The notes under the pieces were generated by a model. It worked only from the letters and a program-made list of their open reading frames with translations, had not been told where the DNA came from and searched no databases. The position numbers were made by a program, and so were the translations under genes. A stretch of DNA of 63,938 nt, filler included, from Reclinomonas americana ATCC 50394 (lineage: Eukaryota), in NCBI GenBank assembly GCA_048213135.1. It is 8 parts of 5 records of this genome, joined end to end, with 100 filler letters (N's around TTAATTAATTAA, not from the genome) between each part and the next. Parts side by side here need not be neighbours in the genome. Positions count along the whole stretch, not along the records: positions 19,701 to 31,241 come from PS015224.1; positions 31,342 to 38,496 come from PS015224.1; positions 38,597 to 46,685 come from PS015224.1; 5 more parts are not named here. One strand, 5' to 3'. Of the stretch, positions 26,901 to 39,642 are shown one piece after another. How positions within the stretch are numbered: position 1 is the stretch's first letter; every line of letters begins with the position of its first letter.

Positions 26901-27202
26901 CAACACGAACCGCATGAGGTCTGCTCCACGCTGCACCTCATCGAGCTCCAGTGCACACACGGCAGCCTCCTCGGCTGCCGTCATGTCCACACTGTTGGAG
27001 CTCGCGCATGAGCGCTGCACAAAAGAGAGTACGGATGCCTGATCGTGATGATAATGAGCACACAGATGAGTGTCAGTGCATGGTGAGGAACAAGAGCACA
27101 CGCGTGAGTGTGGCACGCAACAATGTCACTCTGTGGATTCTTGACCAGCGCGCGCACATGGTCGACAGGAGAGAGATCAAGAGAGCTGTCCACACTTGTC
27201 AT
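20995..27202 (-). CDS. Very large multi-exon ankyrin-repeat protein with C-terminal TM helix
   Basis: More than 12 ankyrin motifs (e.g. DNRGYTPLHYAA, DAYGRTPLYRA, DVNRQTPLALA, DADGWTPLHHA, DKQGCTPLHAAAEHG, GDETPLIMAA). The final exon encodes PLLLILFMVVAIVVLAVLF. Middle exon boundaries are only partly traced. Confidence 0.75.
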
Positions 27203-27807
27203 TTGTTAATTGTGTGCACGCGCGTGCGCGTGTCTGTTAGAGCACGGGGTGTGGTGGGGAACGAGCGGAGTGATCTCTGAGCGACGAGGACAACTCGCAG
27301 ATTTTGTGCGACAGGTTTCCTTGTGATCTCGCGCGCGCGGGAAAATCGCTGCGTGTTCGGTGGACCGGCGACCAGGCCTTTGGAGCTCTTCAGTGCCACC
27401 GATCGATGCTTGCGGCTCCACGAAGCTCAAAGTCGAAGACGCCCCTGTAGAGTCCGGTTTATAACCTCCGTGACAGGATGTGCCGGGAATGCGAACGGCG
27501 ATGACAGGATGCAAGAATGTAAGAAGGCGCTGTCCCTGCTGTCAAACACGCGTGCGGTGAACTCGCCAATCAACCATGATGTGCGCGCATTTCACAGAGT
27601 CTCCAGATTCAGATATTCGACGTCGACGTCAGTACGTCGCACCAAAGTCGGGAGGAGATCTCGCTGCACTTCACGTGTACATATCCACACGTGCGTGAAT
27701 CGGTTTCGTCTGCCTGTGTTTCTGCCGTCTGCGCCGGAGAATTGAGTCAACAATGTGTCCGCGGGCGACGAAGTGTTATTTTTGTCATATCATTTTTCAC
27801 TCTTTCG

Positions 27808-29388
27808 ATGAGCAAACGCTGGCACTCACCAACGGACGAGGAGCGCGTGAGTGCGCTCGGTTCACTGGCCGGTCTATCGCCACGAGCCGCGCGCGCTTTC
27901 GATACGAGCGAAGACTTGTTGCGTTGCATCGCTGCCATCGCTGTGCAACGCATGTGTGTTTTGTGCTGCGCTGAACCGCACGCAGCTTTCGCAAGCTCCC
28001 GCGAAAGCCCACGGCAGGCGACTGGCTTTCGGAGCACAATGAGACCGGCCAGACGGTCACCTCCTTTGAGCGACGCATGGTTGGGCGCAAAGGACAAGTG
28101 CCACTGGTGTCGGAGCGCCGCAACATCCTCTACGTTGAACCGATGGGCGACGGCTTCGAGGCGGGCGGCAGTGTGGAGTTGCGACCACGCCAGCATCAGC
28201 ATCATTCGTGCTCTCGTTCTCCACTCACTGCGCCATCGTGCACAGGCGCGATCACCCGCTGTTGCTTCCCGCGGTGGTGGATGTGTGTGCCGCCTTCTTC
28301 CCACCGCTGCGAGTGGAACTGCTGCCGGCCCTCACCGACCTGTCGCAGATCACTGTGCGCATGAACGAGTTGCGTGAGTGATCTGTCGTCTTTTTCCATT
28401 GCGCTTGTCCTCAACTGTGATCACAGCGGCCATCGCCAGATGCTGACCAAGGACGTCTTCAAGGTGCTCGGCCATGAGATGGCCAAGAAGCGCAACGCCT
28501 CATGCATCGTCGGTGTCACCATGATGGATCTGTACCCAGGCCCGGAGTGGAACTTTGTGTTTGGGTGCGCCGGCATGCCACTGGTGTCCACCACTCTCCT
28601 TCTCTCTCGCACACTCACGCACCTCTCTCTGCAGCATGGCCAACTTTATGGAGCGCAACGGCGTCTTCTCCTTTGCGCGGTACGACCCGAGCTTCGACGG
28701 CTTCGATCGCGACGACGACTGGACCACCGTGCTGCTGCGTCGGGCGATCAAGGTGGTGTGTCACGAAATCGGTCACCTGTACGGCCTCAAGGTACACCTT
28801 CTTCTGCACAGTGTTTGTACCTCACGCGAGGCTGTTGTTCACTGATCCCCTCCCACCTGCAGCACTGCATCTATTATTCGTGTCTGTTGCGTCGCACTTG
28901 TTGGCTGTCCGCGCACGCCATTTGCACTGACTGACATGAATTCTCTCGCAGGATGAACGGCAGTAACCACCTCGACGAGAGCGACCGCAAGTCCATGCAT
29001 CTGTGCCCCGTGTGTCTCCGGAAGCTGCAGATTGTGCTCGGATTCGACATTGTCGACAGGTACCGCAACCTGCGCGACACACTCTCTCGATACCCTGGAG
29101 TTGCGTGAGTGGGGACACTGAATCAAGGGTTGCACACTTGCTTTGATTGTATTCACTCACCGTGTCGCGCAGATGGAGGAGGATGTCGAGTGGTTTGATC
29201 GGCGGCTCGCGTTCATCACACAGGGCGATGAGGACGAAGGGACTCGCGGGGGAGTCGGGGCCAGTGGCGTGCACGAATCCGCGGCACCGTCGGCAGCAGC
29301 AGCAGCGCCACCACCACCCAAGCCACAGGCAAGAGCCACCGCAGCAGCGGCAGCGCCAGCAGCCTCTGGATCACAAAGGCCACGATGA
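27808..29388 (+). CDS. AMZ2: Archaemetzincin (peptidase M54) zinc metalloprotease, 8 exons
   Basis: GDWLSEHNETGQT, IVGVTMMDLYPGPEWNFVFG, GVFSFARY, HEIGHLYGLKH (HExxHxxGxxH), CIYYSCLMNGSNHLDESD, LCPVCLRKL. Five of the 7 introns start GTTGCG. Confidence 0.92.
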
Positions 29389-29442
29389 GACACTCAACTC
29401 GCAAGAATCCCCGTCAGTGTACAGCAGCTCGTCTCGGTCGCA

Positions 29443-31240
29443 TCAGTCCACCTCGAACACGATCTCCTGTGTGCGCAGTAGCTCGCCGCACGTGTCCACG
29501 GCCACCTCCAATGCCGACTGCAGAACGTGCAGATTGTCGAGCACCGAGTCCGCCGACGACGACACCTCCTCCTCCGCCAACCTCCATTCGCCTGTGGCAG
29601 AGAGATAAGCGCAGGATCGATGGCACGCGACAGCAGGCAGTTTGACAAACGCACCGCCTTCTCGGCGCTCCAGACGCATGAGCGGTCGCAATGGCACACT
29701 CCACTCTTCGTCACACACTGCGCGCGACCAATCGTCATCGCCTGCCACCGTCGCACCCGTGATGGTAACACACTCGGTACTGGAGACGGGCGTCGCCACT
29801 TTCCGGTTGTGTGCGACCACAGTGTCGCACAGCTCGCGTGCAGTGACCGCGGCCGCCCGCGACACGCCTCTCATGAAAGCGCACGTGGCCACGTCCTCCA
29901 GTGCCTCGGCAACACAATCAAAGCAGGCGCGCAACTCTCGCGCTTCGCGATCGTCTGCGTGTGCTGCGTGAAAACACAGAGAGCGCAGCAGAAGAATATA
30001 GACGCAGCCCAACGAACCACGAGCGTCGCTTGCGCACACTACAGCACTCTCTCTTCTCAGGGCATCGGCCAGCAGAATCTCGGTAACACCGGCACCCGGG
30101 CACGCAAATGGATGACTGCGTCAAGAGTCGGCAGTCAGAAGAAGAAGCGCCTTAAAGTAGTCACCAACGGCGCCACACCTCAAGCACAACGAAAGGCACT
30201 GTAGCGCCGCCCGAGCAGCGCTCTCCACATCTCGCAGCGCCACCTCACTCTGGTGCGACAGTACCACACTGCAACTGCGCACGGCCGCATTCTCAATGCG
30301 CACAACACTGGCAGACGCGAAGCGGTCAGTGCGAGCCTCCGTGGCACGTGACAGGTGAAGAAGAAAAAATGCACCGCTTCCCGCTTGCCAATGAAAACAG
30401 TGACAGCCGCTGGCAAGAGCCGGCCGCGTGCTGGAACAACTGCGCCCAGCGATCGACGGGTTGGCTCGAAAGCACACGCGAGAGCGACACAATTGGCTTG
30501 CAGCCGGTCATTGTCGCAAACTCGCGCACATGGAAGGCCGACAAGCGTTCAAGGACGAGCACCGAGCGCGAGCCTGCCTGCTTGCGCAAGACTTCCACAA
30601 ACAGCGGATGCACGGTTTTCTGGCAGGCCACCACCACGACTGCACTGGGGGGAAACGACAGCAGCACGGCGCGCGCCGCCGCCGACAAGAACTCCACATT
30701 CACCGCCGTCTGCTCACCCGACGACACATTCACCAGCGCAATGTCTTGCAACGGTTGCCCGCTCTGCGCATGCACAATCGTGAGACACACACTCACGCAT
30801 CATGGAGTGAATATCAACGCACCGTGGTAACAGCATCGACGCCGACCTGCGGTGGCTCCACAGCCTCGACAAACAGGAGAATGCGACAGTCGCGCAGCTG
30901 AGGGTCGCGCTGGTTGGTCTGTCGGGAGAACTCCGCGCTCCAGTCCACTCCACCGCCACCCGACAACAGATACCCGTCCACCAGCTCACACTGCACGGTG
31001 CCCTCCTGCGTCGGCACGCAACTGGTGATCACCTTCACCTGCGGCTTGCTCGGCGGATCGGTGGGCGTGAGACCGGACAAGAAGGCTCGTAGGAGACACA
31101 CTGCAGTCTGCTGCACGTCGTGCCAGTCGCAGAGGGTCTTTGGTGCGAGGACGCCGCGGACGATTGCCAGCAAGCCAGCCGTGTTGGCGAACCCCAAGCG
31201 ACACACGATGGGCGGCAACCCGTGCGCGGGCGGATCGTCA
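29443..31240 (-). CDS. MKKS: McKusick-Kaufman/BBS6 chaperonin-like protein (5' truncated)
   Basis: VVACQKTVHP, LERLS...MTGCKPI, PGAGVTEILLA and C-terminal VLDNLHVLQSALEVAVDTCGELL match features of the MKKS group II chaperonin-like protein. Confidence 0.7.
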
Positions 31241-31341
31241 ANNNNNNNNNNNNNNNNNNNNNNNNNNNNNNNNNNNNNNNNNNNNTTAATTAATTAANNN
31301 NNNNNNNNNNNNNNNNNNNNNNNNNNNNNNNNNNNNNNNNN

Positions 31342-31746
31342 ACACACCTGTTTCGCAGTCGCATGCTGCGCCACGAGGCGCGTGAGCAGCGCATCGAGGA
31401 ACATGAGGTCGCGCAACTCTCGTTCCGCACTCTCCGCCGCAATCTGCAACACGCGCGGCAGAAACCGCGCACACTCCTCCAGCGAGTACAACAGCGACAG
31501 TGGTGGTGCTTGTGATGGCATGCTGCTCTCGTCGCCTAATCGTCGACACAACTCGGCGCGCAACTGTGCGAGAGTCAGTGGTGGTGGTGCCTCGACCTCT
31601 TCCGCTTCCTCCGCCTCCTCCTCTGCGTCGACATCGACCGCAATGTCGGAGAGCGGCTGGTGTGTGAGTGAGTGGAGACTGCGTGGAGAGCCCAGTGAGG
31701 AGGCGCGACGAGGCGAGGCCGCGGTCTTCGCGCGTCGCGTGGTCAT
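31342..31746 (-). CDS. Hypothetical protein (3' truncated)
   Basis: MTTRRAKTAASPRRASSLGSPR followed by an exon with an acidic and helical region (…LTLAQLRAELCRRL…FLDALLTRL). The start codon is inferred. Confidence 0.4.
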
Positions 31747-31772
31747 TGAGTGAAAATTCAACAGCGACTTTG

Positions 31773-32987
31773 ATGAGTGAGAAGGGCGCAGGGGAGGAGG
31801 AGGTTCCGCAGAATGCCAACGCTGGTGAGTGAGTGAGAGAGAGAGAGAGAGATGAGCGTGGTGGCAGCACGCTCTCACCAGTGCGCAGGCTGTCCGGGTG
31901 TGAGCAGCGAGCAAGCGGGCAAGAGTGAATCGTGTGCCGGCTGCCCCAACCAGGCCATTTGTGCCAGTGGAGCAGCTCGTGTGCCAGATCCCGGTAAGAG
32001 TCGCTCTCTCTCTCACCACACACACACTCCCACTTTGCTCATTCACTCGCGTGTGCGTGAGCAGACGTGGCTGTGATTGCGGAGCGATTGGCCAATGTGA
32101 AGCACAAGATCTTGGTGCTGTCGGGCAAGGGTGGTGTGGGCAAGAGCACCTTCTCGTCGCAGATTGCGTTTGCACTGGCCAGCAGAGACTTGCAGGTGCG
32201 CTGCCTCCCTCGTTTCCTTTCCCCTGTTCTCCGAGAATAGACTCCGATTTGGGTTGCCGACGCGCAGGTGGGTCTGCTCGACATTGACGCGTGCGGGCCC
32301 TCCATACCGCGCATGATGGGCGTGGAGGGTGAGGGTGTGCATCAGTCGTCGCTCGGTTGGTCGCCCGTCTACGTCGAAGACAACTTGGCGGTGATGAGTG
32401 TCGGCTTTCTGTTGGGCAGCGTCGACGATGCCGTCATATGGCGTGGCCCCAAGAAGAACGGCCTCATCAAGCAGTTCCTCAAGGATGTGCACTGGGACGA
32501 GTTGGACTACTTGGTGGTCGACACGCCGCCCGGCACCTCCGACGAGCACCTGTCGATCGTGCAGTACCTGAAAGAGGCCAACGTCGACGGGGCGCTGGTG
32601 GTGACCACTCCGCAGGATGTGGCGTGTGCCGATGTGCGACGCGAGATCGCGTTTTGCCGCAAGGTCGGCCTGCCGGTGCTCGGTCTGGTGGAGAACATGA
32701 GCGGCTTTGTGTGCCCCAAGTGCCACGGCGAGAGTCAAGTGTTCCCCACAGGCAAGGCCGGTGGTGGCGAGGCGCTGGCCACTCAGTGCTCCGTACCGTT
32801 CCTCGGCCGCATCCCCATCGATCCGCGCCTCATGCAGTGTGCCGAACGCGGTCAGTCGTTTGTGGCCGAGCACGCCGACTCACCAGCCGCCAAGGCCATT
32901 CTCGCCGTCGTCGACGCTCTCGTTAGCAGCACGGCAGCTGAGAAGCAAAAGGAGAAGCAGCTGGTTGAAGAAGATGGGAAAGGGTAA
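31773..32987 (+). CDS. NBP35: Cytosolic Fe-S cluster assembly factor NBP35 (NUBP1), 4 exons
   Basis: N-terminal CPG...AGK...[10 protein letters not shown], Walker [62 protein letters not shown]. Confidence 0.96.
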
Positions 32988-33504
32988 ATGCAAGATCGGT
33001 GCGCTGCTTTGTTACGNNNNNNNNNNNNNNNNNNNNNNNNNNNNNNNNNNNNNNNNNNNNNNNNNNNNNNNNNNNNNNNNNNNNNNNNNNNNNNNNNNNN
33101 NNNNNNNNNNNNNNNNNNNNNNNNNNNNNNNNNNNNNNNNNNNNNNNNNNNNNNNNNNNNNNNNNNNNNNNNNNNNNNNNNNNNNNNNNNNNNNNNNNNN
33201 NNNNNNNNNNNNNNNNNNNNNNNNNNNNNNNNNNNNNNNNNNNNNNNNNNNNNNNNNNNNNNNNNNNNNNNNNNNNNNNNNNNNNNNNNNNNNNNNNNNN
33301 NNNNNNNNNNNNNNNNNNNNNNNNNNNNNNNNNNNNNNNNNNNNNNNNNNNNNNNNNNNNNNNNNNNNNNNNNNNNNNNNNNNNNNNNNNNNNNNNNNNN
33401 NNNNNNNNNNNNNNNNNNNNNNNNNNNNNNNNNNNNNNNNNNNNNNNNNNNNNNNNNNNNNNNNNNNNNNNNNNNNNNNNNNNNNNNNNNNNNNNNNNNN
33501 NAAG

Positions 33505-34640
33505 ATGGGATTGCTGACCAATGTTTGCATCTCTGTCTACACGCAGCGCTTTGTCGCGCACTTTATGGTGAGCGTGTGCTGTGTGGCTCGCTGTTGCTTG
33601 GCCAGCTCCTGAGCAACTGTTTTCTGTTGTTGTTGTTGTTTTTGCCGCAGCCGCCGAGACCGCCGCGGATTGCGCCACCGCCCATGCCGTGCCCGCCACC
33701 GGCAAAGACACGAGTGTTTAGCGAAGACGACGCGCTGCGCTCGCTGCGCATTGCTCAGGCGGATTCCAAGTCGCGGCAGCAGCGTGCAGTGCCGGCCTTG
33801 TGTCCGTACAGCGCGGGGTTTGTGCTGGACTCCGGTCGCAATGAGCCGACGACTGTGCAATGTCCAGTCTGCGGATTGCGGTTCGTGCGGGCCAATCCGC
33901 CACCGCCACCGGGTTCACGAGTCACGATTGTGCTCGGTGTCTTTTCGATCGACACTGGCCTCAAGGCGCGCAACACCATGCGCGAGACCTGGATGCGCTT
34001 CAGCAACGTGTACCACCGCACGCGCAATCCACACGGCACAGTGCAAGTGGTATTCGTGCTCGGCGGTCCACGCTCGGCGCGGGTCGCTGCACAGCTGCAC
34101 GCCGAGCAGCTGCAGTACGGCGACCTATTCTTCCTGGCTGTGCGCGAGAACATCCACACCGGCAAGCTCCAAGCGTGGTTCGCGGCCGCACACGACCACT
34201 ACCAAGGAACACTTGTGCGGTACGTGGCCAAGTGCGATCCAGACATTGTGCTGCGCACAGTCACGTTTGAGCGCGAGCTGTCACGGCTACCACGGGAGCG
34301 ATTGGTGTGGGGTTCACCGGCCACGGCGACTCGTGGTGGTGCTGTGTACGAGTTTCCATTGGGATTCGTGGTCACGCTGTCGTGGGACCTGGTGGCCTGG
34401 TTGCGGCGAGTGCCAATCGCGTCGGCGCTGGAGATGCTGGGTTATGACGATTGCTCGTTGTCGTACTGGTTTGCCCGCGCCGATGTGCCGGTGCACTTTG
34501 TGACGGACACGCGTTTCCACGATGCTCCCGGCCAGTCGAAGCGCTACGCCGTGGAACCGATCACGGAGCACAGCATTTGTGTGCATCGCCTCGTTGCGCA
34601 CGAGGACTACGAGGAGCTGAGCAGACGATTTGCCGAGTGA
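33505..34640 (+). CDS. GT31-family (beta-1,3-galactosyltransferase-like) glycosyltransferase
   Basis: IVLGVFS...RNTMRETW, VVFVLG, LHAEQLQYGDL, ENIHTGK, YVAKCDPD (DxD) and YDDCSL. The 5' end abuts a gap. Confidence 0.75.
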
Positions 34641-34703
34641 CGTGATGGTGGGGGAGAGAGCGCAAGCATAATGAATTAAGAATGAACCATAAGACTTTTG
34701 TTT

Positions 34704-37508
34704 TCACTGCGTTTGCACATCCACACGCCACGATTCAACTCGATTGAGCATGTCCTCGCGACGCACGAGCTCGGCCAGAGCCACAGTGGGCCCTTTTTCT
34801 CCCAACAACTGCGTGTACGAGTCTTCGCGCCGCAGAGGCATGGGCGACGGCGTGGCTCCGCCATTGTCGTCGTCGTCGTCATCGGTATCCAGCACTTCGC
34901 GGTTGGCCGCCAGAATGGCGATAGCACGCTTCGATGCCGCCTCCTCAAGCTCCTTCACCGACAGCGGGTCGCCGGTGGCTCGGCGCTTGTTGAGCTCTTC
35001 TACGGCACTCTGCTGTATCTGTGACAGGAGGAGCGACGGTCTCCGTCTCGACACTGCTGCCTGCCGAAGTGCGGCCTCCGACAATGGCGTCGAGCACCGA
35101 GGAGATGTGTCCGCCTGCGCCGCCTCCGCCTCCTCTACAATCGCGACCGACCCCCGTGCGCGCTGTGGCATCTGCACCCGCTGAGGCGCAGAGGCACTTG
35201 CGGCCGACGACGGCGATGACATGGCCAGCTGCAGAGAGCCACCGGCATCCACATCGCAACTGTCGGCGGGAGGCCTAGGAGGCTGCACGTGTACACTGGG
35301 CGCCGCTTTCTCTCGGCACGCAGAGTTGGCAACGGCCGCTCGCGCAGTGGCGCCGGCGACAACTGATATCTGTGGCACTGGAGCCCGATCGCGAGGTGGA
35401 CTCGGTGGTGAGTCCGCATCGCTCAATCGTCGGCAAGCGCTAGCCGGCGATACCGACGATGGTGACTCTGCCGACCCCGCATCGACGACGGCTGCGGCAG
35501 CAGGATCAGGAGCACCGTCGTTGAGAGTGGTATCGGGAGTCAGGCACGCTGCGACGGACGGTCCCTTGTACATGCGTCCATCGGGCAGGTACTCGTCGAG
35601 ACGCAAGTCGAGTCGCAACGCCGTCGACCGTCGGATAAACTGTTCCTCCTGTTGTTCGCGCAACCGCGACGGATGCACGCGAATGGAAGCGGCTCTGCCA
35701 GAGTCTCCGAGGCCGAGTAAGTCGCCACCGTCGTAAGTGTTGTGCCGTCGGCTACCGCGCCGTGCCCCTCGGTACGGCGGATCGCGATCGCTGGCGTACG
35801 GATCGCGATCGTACGTGTAGTCGTCCACGTGCGCTCGAGAGCCTCGTCGACCCTGGTGGCGATGGCCGCCGTGATCGGCATAATCCACCGAGTCTCGTCG
35901 ATCGTGATCGCGATCGTGCACGTGCGACATGCGACGCGTTGATGCGCCTCGGGCATACGCCGGCTCCACTTCGATCGTCGACATGCGTCGATGTGATGAG
36001 CCGTGTCGTGCACTGCCCTGTCGTCGCAAGCCACTGCCACCGTCGTCGTATGCAATCGATTCTCGTCGATCCCGATGCGAAGAATGTCGCCTGTTGTCAC
36101 CACCATACCCGTCGTGCGATGGTGGCGGTGGAGGTGGCGCAATGCGTCGGGAGCCGTGACGACGCAGGCCTTGTTCCACAGGATCCAGCTCGACATCGGT
36201 ACGCCGCGTCGGTCGCCCACTGGTGCTACCACCGGTACCACCGGTACCGCGCGATCGAGAGGATAAAGGTGCCTGTGCGCGGAGGAGTGAGTCCACTGCA
36301 TTACCTTGCTCTGCGGCGATCGCATTCACCTCACTTGCCGCCGATGGATCGACACCTGCCTCGCTCGCCGCCGTGAGGCGCATGGAACTCGACGAGCCGG
36401 CCACTCGCTTGCACAAATTGGTCACCAGTGGCGGCAACTGCGACTGCACGTGAACCTTGTCGGCCACCGGCGGTGGTGGTGGTGGTGGTGAATCGACCAC
36501 CGTCTGCGGAAGTGTGGGTGATGGCGGGAGCAATACTGCTGCGGGCACTGCCTCTGCAGGTCTCGACGGCAGCAGCTGCGAAGGTGTGCTTGGGATCGAC
36601 GAGACGCGATTGGCTGGCGACTCTGACGAGTCGTAGTGATCGGATCCATCGCGACGCCGACTTCGCCGATCTTCGCTCGCCGATGGTGAGTCGGGTGCGG
36701 ACAGCTCCGACAGTAGCCGTGACTTGCGCCGACTGCGCAGACCAGCAGCGATGCGTGACAACCGACGTGCACACGGGCACTTGGTCGGATCAAAGTCCGC
36801 CCCGTTCGCGTCCGTCGTCGACGCCGCCGCCTCACTGCAATTCTAACGAGTGAGTCAATGCACTCCGTGGGATGGAGGGTGGCTGCGTTCCATCTCCTCA
36901 CCTTGAGGGTTTGGCTGCAGCTGCGAAAGCCACCGAGCTGTTCGAAGGGAGAAAAAATGTCAGACAACTCAAAAAACGCGACCTCCACGGCGTCGATTCG
37001 CAACTGTCGGCGCTCGCCGGTTCCTGCGGCGCGGAATGATGCACTCGTGGCGTTGTCTGAGCCTCTTGGCAGTGCGACCGACCTGGGTTGGGATCGGAAA
37101 TGATTCGTGAGCAAACGACAACACGCACTCCGCAACATCTCTGTTTCGCAACTGTCGGCGATCGCTGGGGTTGACGCGGAATGATCCACGAGGGGTGCCC
37201 TTGAGTGGCGGCAACTCAGCGCCGCCCGCCGCTGGGCCCCCACTCTTGCTGTAGTGTGAGGTGTGACGCAGCAGCTGCTGCTGCGGCGATTCACGCCGCG
37301 GCGACGGCTCACGACTGACGTTGGCCGACGTGGCGCGACTCGACGAGTGCACGATCACGGTGGACAGGTCGTCGCCGGTGCCCGCCGTCGTCACTGTGTC
37401 GTCGGTGTGGTCCACCGAGCCCTTGTGAGCCGCCTTCGCAATGCCGCTCGCCGGGATTGTGCCCACTGGCACCACGCGCGCCACCGCTTTCGCAGCTCCA
37501 CAACCCAT
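34704..37508 (-). CDS. Large disordered Arg/Ser/Pro-rich protein with N-terminal MGCG acylation motif
   Basis: Starts MGCGAAK. Short 5' exons lead into a 2-kb open exon (34704 to about 36840) with repeated RRxS motifs. Confidence 0.55.
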
Positions 37509-38148
37509 GAGCGTGAGCGTAAATGTGTCTCTGTGCAGGCAGCAATAGCAGCAGGCAGACTCTCTTTGCTCGTCTTCTCGTTCACACTGATGTTTCGGGA
37601 CAAACCGCCAAACCGGAATTGCTGTTCGGTTTTTGTTGTCACACGCGTTTCAAGCCCACGCACACCGCGACGGTGGCCATTCACCGTGCCCGTCGTTGGC
37701 AGTACTGGGACACATGAGAACGCGGTGAAGTCGGACGCCTGACACCATCCAAGGCAGACGTGTGAGTGGCCAGCTTTTGTTCGGTTTGTTCGAATCCGCA
37801 AGAGTTGAAGTCAACCATAAAAAGCATCGTCGGTAATATCTTTCCTACTACAAGCTCCTGTGCGCTCAGAAAGACGACATCACATGCTGCATGCGTTGCG
37901 CGTTCGTCGGATCCGGATCCGGGTATAATTGTCTCACTATTTTCGGTGACAGCTTCGGAAGAACTTGAGAATTCGAAAGGCAGTATGGGAGTGGCACTTC
38001 TCTTGTTTTTGTGCACAAAGAACTCCATCCACACTGCACAGTCGGCGACTGCGAACGTAGAAAATGTGCCATTCGTCGTGTCTGCCGGAAATCGACAGCT
38101 TGGAGGACAACAGCAAGACGGAAGACTCGCTTGAGAGAGCGCGCACTC

Positions 38149-38496
38149 ATGATTGTGGAGGTGACGAGCCTGCTCATCGGCTTCTATGGCACGTGGAAGT
38201 ACGTGGCTGCGGTGACGGGAGTGGCAACTGCCGTCGTTCAAGCCACGGAGACTGCACTCTTCTACGACGGCGACTGCAACAGAGCTTGGGTCACGTTTGT
38301 GTGTGGCACGGTGGCCGGAGTGTTGAGTGCGGGAGTGACATTTGCGGCGCCGGTGACTATTCCGCTGAAGCTGGCCGCCGACGCCACCGGCGTCACGGCG
38401 GGAGTGCAGAATATGATCGAACGACGACAGGCAGCGCGAGAGGAGGCCGCGGCGCAGGAGAGCGCTCATGAGGCAGTGCGCAAGGAGTTTGTGCGT
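38149..38496 (+). CDS. Small hydrophobic Gly/Ala/Thr-rich membrane protein (3' truncated)
   Basis: MIVEVTSLLIGFYGTW...GTVAGVLSAGVTFAAPVTIPL...EAVRKEF, followed by a GTGCGT donor at the contig end. Confidence 0.45.
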
Positions 38497-38596
38497 NNNN
38501 NNNNNNNNNNNNNNNNNNNNNNNNNNNNNNNNNNNNNNNNTTAATTAATTAANNNNNNNNNNNNNNNNNNNNNNNNNNNNNNNNNNNNNNNNNNNN

Positions 38597-39642
38597 GCCG
38601 CCGGAGCCCGACACACCCACCGCCTCCAAGTCGTCGTCCGCCACCTCGGCGGCCGCTAGTTCTCGCAGCAACTGGTATATGGGCTCCCCGGACCCGTCCG
38701 GCACCGGCGCCGGCGCCGGTACTGCGGCCGACACTTCCACCACCTCGTCCACGTCGTGCAGCAGGTCCCATTCCGCTCCCTGCCGCGCCATCTCACGAGC
38801 CCGTTCAATCTCCTCCTGCAGCTCCACATCGGTCTCGATGCGGAACGACTCCACCGACAGCACGTCGCCGCTTGTCGGGTCTCGCATCACATGCCCTTGC
38901 CGCTGGAACTCGCGCAGTGTGAGCACGATCATGCGTCGCTCGCACAGAACCCCCTGGCCGTTGACAGAGACTGGATCGCGCATGACCTGTGGATAGAGAA
39001 GGGGGGGAAAGGGGACGACAGCAAGTCATGATCAGCTGACAACAACACTGCAAGCTGCAGCAATCCTCGCATGCACTCACCACTCCAGACAAGGCGCATC
39101 GCCAGCGCTTCGGCACTGCGTTGCTGCCAAACAGCCGATGCTCTTCGTCGAGCAGCTGTGTCGTGAGTTGCGCCATCTCATGCGCCTCGCGTGTGATNNN
39201 NNNNNNNNNNNNNNNNNGGGAGAGAGAGCACAGCCCCATGTTCCTCACTCTGATACGTACCGGTGGCGGTGGTTCGTGGCCGTCGACCACCAGTCGATGA
39301 CAGTGGCGAGGAGGAGGAGTGAATCGGTGACAGTGGCGGCGGTGACCTGCTGAACTCGAAAAACATGGTGGCCGCCGTCTCGTCGTGACTGTCGTCGCGG
39401 TCGACACTGCCGGCATTGTCCTCGCACGCTTGATTCTGCTGCGCACCACGCGGGCCACGGCGGCTGACACAAAAGAGGCCGGGGGGCACACCGCGGTCCA
39501 CTCGCGGAGTTTGAAAGTGCAGTTTGCGACTGCCTGCTGATGAGATCGTGGACGGAGAAAGTGAGCCGTCGACCGACACTGCAGGTGGCAGCCGGTGGCC
39601 ACCACCAGCATCTGCGGGAAACGACTGTCGCCTCCTGTCCAT
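38597..39642 (-). CDS. U-box-domain protein (E3 ligase-like, 3' truncated)
   Basis: VPKRWRCALSG|VMRDPV...G...CERRMI...DPTSGDVL...DVELQEEI fits the U-box pattern P..F.C.IS..M.DPV...G..ER..I...DP.T...L. Confidence 0.7.

Noticed and set aside
37136-37142. Additional GTTGCGG shifted donor in the MGCG gene
   Set aside because: A canonical GTGCGT eight nt downstream gives the more plausible frame (it preserves the RRQLR repeat), so this site was not counted.
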